Shown here: positions 9,152 to 19,050 of the stretch, piece by piece | Position numbering within the stretch: the stretch's first letter is position 1 | Layout: each line of letters opens with the position of its first letter | Source: a virus | Direction: 5' to 3' (one strand) | DNA length: 64,000 bases | Virus record (IMG/VR): IMGVR_UViG_3300013132_000046 | Coordinates: 4,575 to 68,574 of that record | Made by a program: the position numbers and the translations under genes | Notes under the pieces: generated by a model | Database searches by the model: none | Told to the model about the DNA's origin: nothing | What the model saw: the letters and a program-made list of their open reading frames with translations, nothing else

Positions 9152-9523
9152 CTAATAATCCAACTGAACTAGTCCGTTGGGAATTGAATAATAGATCTCA
9201 TCGAATGTATTAATACACCAGGGCAAACACTTAGCACATGGTTTGGATAACTTCATATCTCCCTTTGGACCAAACCTAAAATTAATCAACACAAGATCTA
9301 ATCGTTGATTCTTAGGAACCTTTAAGAGTGCATCGAGTTCACTGTGGAGTTCACAGTTCCTATAGCCATACTTCATGGCAAGAGGATGGGTCTTTCTCTT
9401 GTTAGTTCCAATACCAACGATACGATTATCTGCAACCACAATTGATACATGGTTGTAGTTTCTTAGTTGACTTGATTTCTGGTATTCTTCGTAAGCGATA
9501 TCACGATACTTTGCGATGTCCAT
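9152..9523 (-). CDS. Zn-dependent cytidine/deoxycytidylate deaminase-family protein
   Basis: HSE-LDAL and SKPCAKC (HxE...PCxxC). Confidence 0.8.
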   Translation of the reverse strand: MDIAKYRDIAYEEYQKSSQLRNYNHVSIVVADNRIVGIGTNKRKTHPLAMKYGYRNCELHSELDALLKVPKNQRLDLVLINFRFGPKGDMKLSKPCAKCLPWCINTFDEIYYSIPNGLVQLDY

Positions 9524-9902
9524 CTTTGATAGTTTCTACGGCTACAGTAAAGTAACCTTCTGTATCTTTGGGTGCCCATTCTTTTGAAATAAACAAAGCC
9601 CAGATTTGAGAATCATCTTCCCACAACTTCCCGTTCAATGAATCTAGAATAGCTTTGGAGTAGTTGTCTACATCAGCCCTTGGGTATTCTAGTTTCGTTG
9701 TCTTAGGTCTTGTAATATAGCATCTAATATCTACAGCTAACTTACCGCTCAGTGGAGTAAAGTTCCGGCCTAGGACTTGGTTTATAACCTGAGCCGCTAG
9801 ATGCCGGAACTTTTTATAAGGCCCTGTAAAATACGCGCCAAACTTGCCAACTCTAGGTCGGCTGGCAGCTACTGGGTTTACAGGAAACTTATACTCCATC
9901 AT
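9501..9902 (-). CDS. rusA: RusA-family Holliday junction resolvase
   Basis: P....RPR, DVDNYSKAILDSLNG..WEDDSQI. Confidence 0.88.
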   Translation of the reverse strand: MMEYKFPVNPVAASRPRVGKFGAYFTGPYKKFRHLAAQVINQVLGRNFTPLSGKLAVDIRCYITRPKTTKLEYPRADVDNYSKAILDSLNGKLWEDDSQIWALFISKEWAPKDTEGYFTVAVETIKDGHRKVS

Positions 9903-9912
9903 GAGTTAATCC

Positions 9913-10392
9913 TTAGAACGGAATGTCACTGGATACTTCTTCCTTTACCGCAGTAAATTCTGAAGAACCAGAGACATAGTTACGTTCAATTAGCTGGATT
10001 GATTCCATGTAGAATGAAACCGAATTGTCACGGGCAATCAGAGCAGGAGTTACCTTGACTCGGACTACATCCGTACCAAACGGAATCATTTCTGATGGCT
10101 TGTTGTCAGGGCCAACGCATGGGAAAGTCTTGATACCCTCCTTGGCCTTGAGTACGTTCTTGAACTTAATGGTCTTAACACCTTCGGAATCCTTGAGGCC
10201 GTTGATCTTCTTACCACCTAGTTCCTTGACAGATGCTTGAAGTTGCTTCTGCAACTCAGGAGTTAGCTCCACAGTTACGGAATGGTTTGGGTTTCCGAAC
10301 TTATCATCTGGTGTCATTAGGTGTGACCATTTAACGGTCACATGCCCAGTGACAAAGGGCTTAGCATACTTATTCTTGGCTGGTGTTGCCAT
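9913..10392 (-). CDS. Single-stranded DNA-binding protein (T7 gp2.5-like)
   Basis: W.HL..PDDKF, IQLIE, acidic tail ending SDIPF; synteny with the resolvase. Confidence 0.8.
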   Translation of the reverse strand: MATPAKNKYAKPFVTGHVTVKWSHLMTPDDKFGNPNHSVTVELTPELQKQLQASVKELGGKKINGLKDSEGVKTIKFKNVLKAKEGIKTFPCVGPDNKPSEMIPFGTDVVRVKVTPALIARDNSVSFYMESIQLIERNYVSGSSEFTAVKEEVSSDIPF

Positions 10393-10561
10393 TTGTGTTT
10401 TCTCCTTCAGTCTTGGGAGTAATGTTGTTGATGTTGGTGCGTAGGTTAAACATAATGCTATCTAGCTGACGGTAAACTTCAGATAGATAAGCAGCTACAG
10501 CACCAGCAGGAATAGCTACAGTTGATTCTTCCTGCTTGATTTCTTCTGTTATTTCGCTCAT
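10370..10561 (-). CDS. Hypothetical protein
   Basis: Likely start MSEITEE, coupled (TAATG) to the phosphoesterase stop. Confidence 0.55.
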   Translation of the reverse strand: MSEITEEIKQEESTVAIPAGAVAAYLSEVYRQLDSIMFNLRTNINNITPKTEGENTNGNTSQE

Positions 10562-11214
10562 TAGAATATCTCCAAATATGGTTGATTGCCATCTATTACA
10601 ATACCACAACTGACGATGGCTTTCTTCAGATGTGCTTTAGAATATTGGAATACAGGATTTGATTGATCAATTCCCGCGCCAACATTCATACCAAAATACA
10701 TGGTATTAGGGCCTTTAATCCAGTTTATACTGGCAATACTGTGGTGATGGCCGCAAACTACAGACTGTAGCCTGGCCTTAGCAGCATTGAATGATGGATA
10801 CATTCCGCCCCATCCATCACCATGTGTGTACAGTACACCGTCTACGTCTGTTTCCATAACCCAGTTCCACTTGGGTGTGTTATAGATATCAGAAAAAGAC
10901 TTGAGGTACATACTAGGTATGCCATGCTTGTTTGATTTACGATGAACTCTTGCATCGTGATTACCAATACAAACAGTAGCATTTGGAAATGCTTTGTACC
11001 ACCAGTACACTTCCCTTAGTGCATCTTTGTATTCTTCAAGAGGACCCGGTAGATCCGGGTTCTTGTCATGCATTGAGATTGCTTCGTGGTCAATTATATC
11101 TCCAATGAATACAGTGTTATTAGTCTTGTACTTTTTCTGCATTGCTTTACAGAATTCAAGATAATTAGGATGCACTGCTGGGCAGTGTAAGTCACCTATT
11201 ACTAGTGTTCGCAT
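10561..11214 (-). CDS. Calcineurin-like metallophosphoesterase
   Basis: GDLH, GDIID, GNHD, HGD and GHHH motifs. Confidence 0.88.
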   Translation of the reverse strand: MRTLVIGDLHCPAVHPNYLEFCKAMQKKYKTNNTVFIGDIIDHEAISMHDKNPDLPGPLEEYKDALREVYWWYKAFPNATVCIGNHDARVHRKSNKHGIPSMYLKSFSDIYNTPKWNWVMETDVDGVLYTHGDGWGGMYPSFNAAKARLQSVVCGHHHSIASINWIKGPNTMYFGMNVGAGIDQSNPVFQYSKAHLKKAIVSCGIVIDGNQPYLEIF

Positions 11215-11425
11215 TTCCATATCTCCTTTTAGCATCTTCCTTCCATTGAACCGCTAGAGGAGGAAGAGGCTCGCCCCCATCTTCTTGGGGAATAGGAGCG
11301 TATACATCAATCTCTCCTCTTAGGTGCATTTCTTGCCACTTATTCAGTGTAATGCTTCCTCTGTCTCGCAGCTCGACGGGCTTGTTCGCGACGCTTCTTT
11401 TCTTGTTTGGCTTTGTATTTGTCAT
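11192..11425 (-). CDS. Hypothetical protein
   Basis: Co-oriented ORF. Confidence 0.55.
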   Translation of the reverse strand: MTNTKPNKKRSVANKPVELRDRGSITLNKWQEMHLRGEIDVYAPIPQEDGGEPLPPLAVQWKEDAKRRYGNANTSNR

Positions 11426-11445
11426 AATTAAAGTCTTTAGTATCT

Positions 11446-11745
11446 TTACGTCTTATGTTCTTCTGTTCTGCCATCTTTCAAATCCGTAATCTCTACGATC
11501 ATTCTCTTTGGGATTTTATTTACCTGAGCTGTTTCATCAGGACCAATAGTATTTGTTACTGCAAAATGATCTTCATCTTCATGCAATACAAAACCAACAG
11601 TAACCATAATTGGTAATGGAGACTTGCTAAATGATTGAGCTTTGCTCTTATCTAGCCACTCCTCACCACCCATAGTTACAGCATCAATCCAGAAGATCAT
11701 AACCAGTTGACAAACTTCTTGTGGATAGGTTACATTCTTAGGCAA
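11446..11745 (-). CDS. Conserved phage hypothetical protein
   Basis: FWIDA..W, TVGF, KIPKRMI pattern; start uncertain (track start 11856 overlaps the RNAP gene). Confidence 0.6.
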   Translation of the reverse strand: MPKNVTYPQEVCQLVMIFWIDAVTMGGEEWLDKSKAQSFSKSPLPIMVTVGFVLHEDEDHFAVTNTIGPDETAQVNKIPKRMIVEITDLKDGRTEEHKT

Positions 11746-14173
11746 AGAAGTATTCAGATCCGAGTACTTCTGAGACATCGAATTCTCCATCTGGTTCTGG
11801 GCAGTCTGGAAGGAAGATTTGGTATCTCTCTTCGGTTTCTTTCTTGAGTTTTTCAAGTTGATTCTCCTTATGAATCTTTACAAACTCTTCTCTTAGAATC
11901 TTATGCATTACATCAATGTCTGTAGCATGTGTTCCATATGAATCATGGATCATAGAAAATGTATTAATACCTACATTCATCATCCTACTGATAGACATAA
12001 ACATATGTGCTGCATCTATCGCATGGATAAAGTTTGGAGAAACAGCGAGATACTGTGCTTTACCGTCGAGATCTTCCGTAACAGTCGAGAATACCAACTG
12101 CTGCCTGTTAAATAGTTCGGCATAAGAAACTCTTTCTAGTACTTCGTTGTATACATGGTGTACTTCAAACCCACTAGGGGTTGTCCATACCAATGGTTTG
12201 TTCATTCCATTTAGAACTTCAGCAACTGAACGCAACCACTCTTTACCTTTATTTGGTGATTCCATAGTTTCACCTAGACCAGCCTGGATAGCACGGCTAA
12301 GTTCTACTACAGCACCTCCTCTGGATTCTTTTGGAACCCAATCCACATGACCCTCTTGCTTTACATACTTCTGCATTCCATAGAATGTAAGACCATATGC
12401 ATCGCACATTGTAGGTCGTTTTGTTACAGCCCGTGGTAATTTATTATTCCAGTTTAAAAGAAATACTTGATACCAATTATTTTCAGGATGCTCTAGCATA
12501 TACTGAGTACTAGAGTCTGCAACATACTGGTATAGATCTTCTGGTTTTTTATTTGGCAGGAGATTTGTAAGCTTTGCTAGCTTCTTGTTTCTCATAATAG
12601 CTGACCAATGTTGACCACCATTGTTAGCACCATCCATTTGAATAGGAAGCTGAGTCATGCCATCCTTCCGGGCAATTTCAAAGATTGCTGCAAGGCGTTG
12701 GAATGACTTGTTCTTTTTCTTTAGTGGATCAATCCATTCTTTATTTGAGTATGGATCTTCTGCAATGCGCAGTAGCATATCAATGTTGTCGTCTACCCAG
12801 TTAACTCTATCTTCAAATGGCTTTTTGTCTTGGTCAAATAGGTTTGCTAGGTGAACCTTAAGCCAGAACAAACCACGTTCAGTTTGTTTCTTTGGCATTG
12901 CAAACTGTACAAGACCACGATCAAAGTCTACTCCTTGTGGAGATAGTAACTCACACACAGAGTATGCACGACCTCTGAAGTCCAGGGTATATGGCATATA
13001 GAAGAAGTCCCAGTCTAGCATTTTCTTTGCTAGCTGTAGCCGTACAATCATTCGACTGCGGGCTTGTTCTTCTTTGTACCATTCTCCCCAAGCTTCATTG
13101 GATTCTTGCATCCATTTAGCTTGTTCTTCTTTTGAACCATCTGTAGGATACGGCCTAGTAAAAGCATAATCCTTGAATGTAAATGCTGGTAGATTTGCAA
13201 GCTTATGATCATTTTCAAACATAGTTTTCATAACAGAATAGACTTGTTTGTTTACTGACCATTCAGTTTCACTAAGGGCATTAAGCCCACGGAGAACAAG
13301 TTCACTTGGTCTTGAGTCCCAATCCTTGGGATCTGCACCTACTGGATGATATCTTTTAATCATCTTCTTCCGAACCCAAGGTGACAAGAAGCCACCATCT
13401 TCTTCGGTAGTGTGCTTTACAGGAGGACAGATCATCGGTCTGTAAACTAGGCAGGCAGTCTCAAGCATTTCGTGACGCTTGCTTAGTTCTTTTAAAATCC
13501 AAGGGGCAAAACAAACCAACAATGATTTCTTGTTCTTACCATTCCAGTGTACCCGTGAAACAAGGATATCACTAGAGAGTGCAATGCGAAGCATGTTATG
13601 ACCAAAGTCTTCCTTCTCTTTTGAGTTTAACTTAGGAAGCTTACCAACTTTAGTTGTAAATGCTTTGCAACGTTTTACAGTCCAGTTCTTAATAAACTTA
13701 GACTGCCTACGCCAATCTTCTGAGAACTTTTTCTTTGCTTGTTGATAAGCAATAATTGAGATTACATCATCAGAGATTAACTTTGATACTTGTTGGGCAA
13801 CCGGAGCATTGTTTGGAATACCTCTAGTATCGTCAAAGTTTTGAATTGTATTCCTGGTTAGGAATAAACGCATAACATTTCTGATTGTAATGTCTGCCAT
13901 CTTAGCAGCACCAACACATAGAAGAGGTGCTAACCAATCAGGCGACTTACGGTTACTACAACATTCATCAATCCACTTCTGATAATAAGGAGTAAGATGT
14001 ATGACTGCACTTTCAAGCAGAAGTTGCTCAGGCTTTCCTTCATCAACAGCACGATTGTACTCCTTCCAGTATTTTTCAATACCATTATCTAGTAGATCTT
14101 CTTCAAATAGCTTTTGATTTATTAATCTATTATCTCTTTGTTCTTTAGATAGTTGTAACCAAGCAGTTGTCAC
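11738..14173 (-). CDS. T7-type single-subunit DNA-directed RNA polymerase (RNAP-A, 811 aa)
   Basis: PMICPP, DFRGRAY, LSPQG.D, motif A MDGANNGGQH, DLYQYVA, motif B RAVTKRPTMCDAYG, WTTPSGF, SPNFIHAIDAAH, motif C MIHDSYGT, C-terminal YFFA. Confidence 0.97.
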   Translation of the reverse strand: MTTAWLQLSKEQRDNRLINQKLFEEDLLDNGIEKYWKEYNRAVDEGKPEQLLLESAVIHLTPYYQKWIDECCSNRKSPDWLAPLLCVGAAKMADITIRNVMRLFLTRNTIQNFDDTRGIPNNAPVAQQVSKLISDDVISIIAYQQAKKKFSEDWRRQSKFIKNWTVKRCKAFTTKVGKLPKLNSKEKEDFGHNMLRIALSSDILVSRVHWNGKNKKSLLVCFAPWILKELSKRHEMLETACLVYRPMICPPVKHTTEEDGGFLSPWVRKKMIKRYHPVGADPKDWDSRPSELVLRGLNALSETEWSVNKQVYSVMKTMFENDHKLANLPAFTFKDYAFTRPYPTDGSKEEQAKWMQESNEAWGEWYKEEQARSRMIVRLQLAKKMLDWDFFYMPYTLDFRGRAYSVCELLSPQGVDFDRGLVQFAMPKKQTERGLFWLKVHLANLFDQDKKPFEDRVNWVDDNIDMLLRIAEDPYSNKEWIDPLKKKNKSFQRLAAIFEIARKDGMTQLPIQMDGANNGGQHWSAIMRNKKLAKLTNLLPNKKPEDLYQYVADSSTQYMLEHPENNWYQVFLLNWNNKLPRAVTKRPTMCDAYGLTFYGMQKYVKQEGHVDWVPKESRGGAVVELSRAIQAGLGETMESPNKGKEWLRSVAEVLNGMNKPLVWTTPSGFEVHHVYNEVLERVSYAELFNRQQLVFSTVTEDLDGKAQYLAVSPNFIHAIDAAHMFMSISRMMNVGINTFSMIHDSYGTHATDIDVMHKILREEFVKIHKENQLEKLKKETEERYQIFLPDCPEPDGEFDVSEVLGSEYFFA

Positions 14174-14373
14174 TCTTCATTATCTCCTTCTTCTTTTGCG
14201 GCGTGGTGTTCCCATTCAGTATCGTAAAGATCTCTGTCACAATGACCACAAATTTGACCCGCATAGTATGGCGCACCATCTACATGTCCACACATTGGGC
14301 AATCCATTCTTGGATTATTATCTTCATCAATATTCATTGAGTTTATTTCCTTAGCTATATACTTGGTTATCAA
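14170..14373 (-). CDS. Small Zn-ribbon protein
   Basis: CPMCG...CGHC; overlaps the RNAP start. Confidence 0.55.
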   Translation of the reverse strand: MITKYIAKEINSMNIDEDNNPRMDCPMCGHVDGAPYYAGQICGHCDRDLYDTEWEHHAAKEEGDNEE

Positions 14374-14424
14374 GGTGTGTATAAAAATGTGGAATAAATC
14401 GACAGGTTATCTGGACTTATTTAT

Positions 14425-15123
14425 TCAACCGACAATAGAGTTGCCCCATACTAGGTGCTTCCAAGATACACTCATGCTATCTGGGATTAGATCATACATA
14501 GCTTGTGCATATTCTTGGATTTCCTTTTGTGCATGAGGATCAGTACGCTGTAGGTAAAACCTTGCACAACTAGATAAATTACCAGTCCAATACCACTCGG
14601 TGTAAACACCCTGAGGTAGCACAAACCGTGCCTGTTCTGGACAAATACCAGACTTAATCAAATAATTGTATGCAACAATTGCATTTTCACAAGCAAGGCT
14701 GTAGACTTCATGTGCATTGTTAGCTACATCAATATTAATATCTGTGTTACTACCCTGCTTAATAGAACCATCAGGCTTTGATCGCCAAGTTGGTTGCATA
14801 AACTCAGGTTCAGAAGAAACATATCGACGGCTGATTTCATTTTCAACAAAGCCAACCTTGTGCTTAAAGAACTGAGTACGAATTGGAATTGGTGCTTTGA
14901 TGTGCCAAGTCAAACTAGTATGAGCAAAGGGAGTCCAGTGCTTGTGCTCTGCAAGATACTTAATTAGTTTCTTATCTTGTAAACTAAGCTTACCATCTAC
15001 TAACTGGGAACGCTTGCCAAAGGATACACGGGCAGCATTAACAACAGATAGATCTGAACCCATATAATCTACTAGTGTAATAAACCCACCGTTACCAACT
15101 CTAGTTGTTTTGTTTAATTCCAT
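14425..15123 (-). CDS. thyX: Flavin-dependent thymidylate synthase
   Basis: GSDLSVVNAARVSF, HWTPF, KHK..ENEISRRY, EQARFVLPQ, HAQKEIQEYA; start probably 15123. Confidence 0.93.
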   Translation of the reverse strand: MELNKTTRVGNGGFITLVDYMGSDLSVVNAARVSFGKRSQLVDGKLSLQDKKLIKYLAEHKHWTPFAHTSLTWHIKAPIPIRTQFFKHKVGFVENEISRRYVSSEPEFMQPTWRSKPDGSIKQGSNTDINIDVANNAHEVYSLACENAIVAYNYLIKSGICPEQARFVLPQGVYTEWYWTGNLSSCARFYLQRTDPHAQKEIQEYAQAMYDLIPDSMSVSWKHLVWGNSIVG

Positions 15124-15553
15124 GTTGTTTAATAGTATTGTAAAATCTTTTAGGTGTTCCGCAGAATACAGGTAAATCATTGAATAGATAGTTTAGTATT
15201 CTACTAGAATTATATACACAATCATTCTTATGTGGTAGATAAAACAAAGTAAACATACCGGAAAGATAACGCATTGCATGATCTTTCTTTGACATATACT
15301 TTAGTGTTTTTATAAAACCAATAAGATCTTCTGCTTGTTTGTTGGATGTACCAACATACAGTATATTACTAAGCGAATTTAATTTATTATCTGCTTTAGC
15401 TGATATAGCTCTTGGATAGTTGTATTGATCACTAAAGTGAAGTACTGTATTTTCTATCTGAACTGAGCAATGATTGTCCCCGTAAATGCTGGATGCAATC
15501 TTGCAGTGTAGTCTGGAGTCCACTACATTGTATGTTCTTAGGTAAACTTCCAA
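15101..15553 (-). CDS. Hypothetical protein, possibly a permuted papain-like peptidase
   Basis: N-proximal HCSV and C-proximal NDCV; weak motif-only evidence. Confidence 0.5.
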   Translation of the reverse strand: MEVYLRTYNVVDSRLHCKIASSIYGDNHCSVQIENTVLHFSDQYNYPRAISAKADNKLNSLSNILYVGTSNKQAEDLIGFIKTLKYMSKKDHAMRYLSGMFTLFYLPHKNDCVYNSSRILNYLFNDLPVFCGTPKRFYNTIKQHGIKQNN

Positions 15554-15650
15554 GAGGAATAGCCTTTCTTACTTCTTCATATGGTAAAATTGGACTACCG
15601 TCCTCTGAGTAATTGATCCTACGAATAGTTATGTCTAGTACAGATATCAT

Positions 15651-15686
15651 AAAAAAGGGCCACACAGGTTTCCCTGTGTGGCCCCT
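15651..15686 (-). terminator. Rho-independent terminator
   Basis: Minus strand GGGCCACACAGG-GAAA-CCTGTGTGGCCC-TTTTTT. Confidence 0.85.
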
Positions 15687-15705
15687 AAGGTTAATCAAGC
15701 GATAA

Positions 15706-16638
15706 TCAAGCGTGTTGTAGTGCGTATTCCATTACGCGGATCTTTGCCTTAGCACGATCCCCAAACAGAATATCATCGAACTTGTTATCAGTCTTGTTGT
15801 TGCCACGATAAATCTGGTCGTGATCCAACCAGTTAGTCACAGCATTTGCCGCAGTCCAGAGGCTTGCTCCGGTACTACGACTTTCTGAATCAAAGGTATT
15901 AGACCACTTGATCATGGTGCTAACAGCCTTTGAGTTGTCATCAGCTTGGTCAGCGTTGACTGGGTTTTCATGGATGTTACCGAACTGACTGATGTAAACA
16001 TTAGTCCAGAAGGTCTGAACAAAGTCAGTAGTAACTTCCCGTTGTGCCATAAGGTTAGCTTGCTTAGCAAACTGCTCAGTACGAACACGGAAGAATTCAA
16101 TACCATCAATCAGTGAGTTAATACGAGCCTGGATATTTCCAGTGTGCTTAATGGTTACCGACATCTTACTGCTACGAAGGGCAGCGTTAAGCGTGTTCTC
16201 ACAGATGACACGCACGGTCGTAGGCAGAACACTCAGGGTATGCTTACCATTATGAGCATTGGTAAGTAGCGTGTAAGGACGAACTTCATCATCGCGGTTA
16301 CCAACATTAAAGCTGTCGCCACGCATGAGGAACCAAATACGCTCACCTTGGTAGAGATTACCTACGGTTTCAATGCGAACATTCTTACCATTAATAGCCT
16401 CTGCCATAGCAGCGACTTCAGAGTTTTGGATAACTCGGTACCCAGAACCAACAATACCAAGCACACGACCAGTATCCTGGCGCACGTTGGAGTAGTACTG
16501 TCCATCAGCCTTGATCTCAGCTTCATGCTGATAAAGTACAGGCTGAGTAGTAACAGTCCAATCAAGGTTAGCATGAGCAATGGCCTCGGTCATGCTCATA
16601 CCATCTACATTACGACCGGCAGTTGTGAAGATTGACAA
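15706..16638 (-). CDS. DUF932-family (phage/plasmid) protein
   Basis: LDWTV, VRQDTGRVLGIVG..YRVIQN, ETVG.L..G..IW, NAHNG, T.VRVICENTL, SLWTA.NAVT..DH; probable TTG start at 16638 after GAAAGGA. Confidence 0.85.
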   Translation of the reverse strand: MSIFTTAGRNVDGMSMTEAIAHANLDWTVTTQPVLYQHEAEIKADGQYYSNVRQDTGRVLGIVGSGYRVIQNSEVAAMAEAINGKNVRIETVGNLYQGERIWFLMRGDSFNVGNRDDEVRPYTLLTNAHNGKHTLSVLPTTVRVICENTLNAALRSSKMSVTIKHTGNIQARINSLIDGIEFFRVRTEQFAKQANLMAQREVTTDFVQTFWTNVYISQFGNIHENPVNADQADDNSKAVSTMIKWSNTFDSESRSTGASLWTAANAVTNWLDHDQIYRGNNKTDNKFDDILFGDRAKAKIRVMEYALQHA

Positions 16639-16819
16639 TCTTATTCCTTTCAATAAATGTTGCGAGTGGGATCCACTCGCTTGAGGTGTCTAAAACCCAC
16701 CCATCAAAGGTGTAGTCTAGGATAATTCCAGCATCAAGAAGCTTGCTTACCATTAATTCCGAAGAGGTACTCATACCACTTGATGGAAGGGTCTGATTCG
16801 ACTTCGTTGGGTTCGTCAT
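16610..16819 (-). CDS. Hypothetical protein
   Basis: Co-oriented ORF. Confidence 0.5.
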   Translation of the reverse strand: MTNPTKSNQTLPSSGMSTSSELMVSKLLDAGIILDYTFDGWVLDTSSEWIPLATFIERNKIVNLHNCRS

Positions 16820-16830
16820 AGTAAAATTCT

Positions 16831-17028
16831 TCAGTCGGATCCGGCTCTGGATCTGGGGTTGCTGCGGCGATTGAGTTCATAGTCAATACAATCTACTTCA
16901 ATTTGATATGCGGGGTGAACATCTCTACCAGAGTTAATAAGACTAAGGAAATAATCCCTAGCCTTGATTAACTCATCGGTAGTTAGAGTATCGAACGATG
17001 GGCGATCTTTGATCTCACTCTGGGTCAT
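16831..17028 (-). CDS. Hypothetical protein
   Basis: Likely start MTQSEIK. Confidence 0.5.
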   Translation of the reverse strand: MTQSEIKDRPSFDTLTTDELIKARDYFLSLINSGRDVHPAYQIEVDCIDYELNRRSNPRSRAGSD

Positions 17029-17305
17029 TGTAATAAGGATCAGGAAGCATATCAAGTTCATAAACGTAGTTGATAAACTCCTTAAGCTTATTCAATTGAT
17101 CTTGAGTAAGGACTAGAATTGGCCTATTTTCCTGAAAGACAGGACCAAAAGCAATGTAAACATTGCGTGGCCTGTAACTAATCTTATCAGTACTAGCTTC
17201 CTTTGTGAAGCCAAAAGTAACCTGATTAGTTTCTTCAAGACCCCTAAGGATTAGGTGTGCTGAGTTAGTTGTACTAAACTTATATTGCTTGTCGTTATTA
17301 AACAT
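17015..17305 (-). CDS. Hypothetical protein
   Basis: Likely start MFNNDK. Confidence 0.55.
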   Translation of the reverse strand: MFNNDKQYKFSTTNSAHLILRGLEETNQVTFGFTKEASTDKISYRPRNVYIAFGPVFQENRPILVLTQDQLNKLKEFINYVYELDMLPDPYYNDPE

Positions 17306-17690
17306 TTGATTCTTCTTTCTCAAACTGACCAAACGAAACATATTCCTGCATGTCGGGACCACCCCAACACTCTGGAATCTGTTCAGAGATTACTTGCTTA
17401 AGTCTTTCTGTCATTTCTGAATCAGTAAGACCCTTGTAATCAATAACCCGTACACCAATTTCTCCAAGACCATCAACCCAGTCGCGCCAGTTGGTTTCCG
17501 TAACATCAGTAAAGCCAAAACCAACTTCGGCTAGCATCTTAGCATTGGTAGTAAGTTTAGCGTTCTGGTCAAGCCAGACGCTCATCTCAATAAACTTGTC
17601 CTTGTTGTCACCGATAAGATGATTAATCTTGTCCAAGCGGTTCTGCCGCTTACGTTCAATAAGTTCTTTGTTAACCATTGTAGTTTGCAT
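17298..17690 (-). CDS. Hypothetical protein
   Basis: 130-aa co-oriented ORF. Confidence 0.65.
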   Translation of the reverse strand: MQTTMVNKELIERKRQNRLDKINHLIGDNKDKFIEMSVWLDQNAKLTTNAKMLAEVGFGFTDVTETNWRDWVDGLGEIGVRVIDYKGLTDSEMTERLKQVISEQIPECWGGPDMQEYVSFGQFEKEESNV

Positions 17691-17817
17691 CCACTTCCAT
17701 AATTTCTTCTGAGATCTTTTCTAGTTGCTCATAAACATGGGTCATGTCACCCACAGTTTCATTACGTTCTTCAACTAAAATCATAAGATTATTAAATGCT
17801 TTGAAAATATCTTCCAT

Positions 17818-18201
17818 TTACCACCATCCAAGTATTACGCCATTGTTATTAGCAACGGCATTGAACCAATCAGCAAGCATTTCTGCTTCGCTGAGATCTA
17901 CACCATAGATAGATTCAGTTGCCTCAAAGGCAAGGTGATCTGGGTTTTGCTTTATAAAATGGTCAACAAACTTGGTAAGCTTATCAGCCATCTTCTTAAC
18001 AACTTTTTCAGGAATAACAGAAGCATATAGAGTTTGTCCTGTGACATACTCTACATAGTCATTGTAGACTTTGCCCCTGAATGTGTTATTATTCATTGAG
18101 CAAACCCCAGAACACAATTTATTATTGTTAAATAGACTATTATCCATGACGGTGAATCCACCATCTGAATCTCTTGTACATGCAAAGTTATCAAGTCCCA
18201 T
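17818..18201 (-). CDS. Hypothetical phage protein
   Basis: MGLDN...FRGKVY..GWW; likely start 18201. Confidence 0.65.
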   Translation of the reverse strand: MGLDNFACTRDSDGGFTVMDNSLFNNNKLCSGVCSMNNNTFRGKVYNDYVEYVTGQTLYASVIPEKVVKKMADKLTKFVDHFIKQNPDHLAFEATESIYGVDLSEAEMLADWFNAVANNNGVILGWW

Positions 18202-18574
18202 TGAAATATTCCTCACATTTGTTCTTAAAGAACTCTTCGTTGGTTGAGAACAACATATGATATTCAGCCCGGAAGTCTTCCTTAGACTTCCATTCCTGGG
18301 TCTTTAGTTCAATTCTAAAGCCCTCTTCGAATGGCCCCCAGATACTTGGGTCATCTTTGTTGTATTCTTCTTCTTCGTATGATTGGAAAGCATCACAATA
18401 GGCACAGCTCCCAAAGTGATACCAAACAATCCCAAACAATCCATCAGGATTCTTCACAAGGTACATGGATGTACCTGAGAAATCTCCCTCGTGTTCAACC
18501 AAAACAACAGTGCAATTAACTTCTTTGCACATAGCTTCAATCACTTGATAAACACTCTTGTATTTAGTAGCCAT
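18191..18574 (-). CDS. Hypothetical phage protein with GSCxxCD motif
   Basis: FGSCAYCDAF; SD AGGA upstream. Confidence 0.65.
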   Translation of the reverse strand: MATKYKSVYQVIEAMCKEVNCTVVLVEHEGDFSGTSMYLVKNPDGLFGIVWYHFGSCAYCDAFQSYEEEEYNKDDPSIWGPFEEGFRIELKTQEWKSKEDFRAEYHMLFSTNEEFFKNKCEEYFNGT

Positions 18575-18666
18575 ATAATCCTTAGGTTTACCTAGGTAAT
18601 ATTAATACTATAGTAATAATAAATACCTAGGTTTGAAGCCCTAGCTATATGCTAGGATATTGGGAT

Positions 18667-18702
18667 AAAAACAGGTTGCAAGGATTATTAGTCCTTGCAA
18701 CC
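18667..18702 (-). terminator. Rho-independent terminator
   Basis: Minus strand GGTTGCAAGGA-CTAATAA-TCCTTGCAACC-TGTTTTT. Confidence 0.75.
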
Positions 18703-18707
18703 CTAGG

Positions 18708-18962
18708 TTAGAAGGGTAGACTGGTTGCCAAAGGCTCAGGAGCCGGTGGCAATTCAGCAGTCTTAGGCGAGGGTCGGCTAAGCTTACCCTTGAAGGCAGG
18801 AGCCCTCGGGTGAGCAGCCCCCGAGTTATCCCACATACTGATGGGATACTTAACTCCGTTGATTGTGACATAACCATTGAGTGCAGGCGATGCCGGGTTT
18901 ACCGAATTAACCTTCCACACATCAATACGAATATTAGGTGCGTTTGCGTTTGTTTCTTGCAT
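18708..18962 (-). CDS. Small DUF736-like putative ssDNA-binding protein
   Basis: P.LNG.V.ING..Y.IS.W...AP.FKG.L pattern; C-terminal ..SLPF tail like SSBs. Confidence 0.6.
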   Translation of the reverse strand: MQETNANAPNIRIDVWKVNSVNPASPALNGYVTINGVKYPISMWDNSGAAHPRAPAFKGKLSRPSPKTAELPPAPEPLATSLPF

Positions 18963-19050
18963 TTGTAAAACTATTGTAAATATTATCTAGGACGTTTCCT
19001 AGGATTGATAAACCTAGACAAATTACCAATCCCGATACAAGGTAAAACAT
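18934..19050 (-). CDS. Small membrane peptide (38 aa)
   Basis: MFYLVSGLVICLGLSILGNV..RNKRKRT; TAATG-coupled to the upstream micro-ORF. Confidence 0.4.
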   Translation of the reverse strand: MFYLVSGLVICLGLSILGNVLDNIYNSFTNARNKRKRT

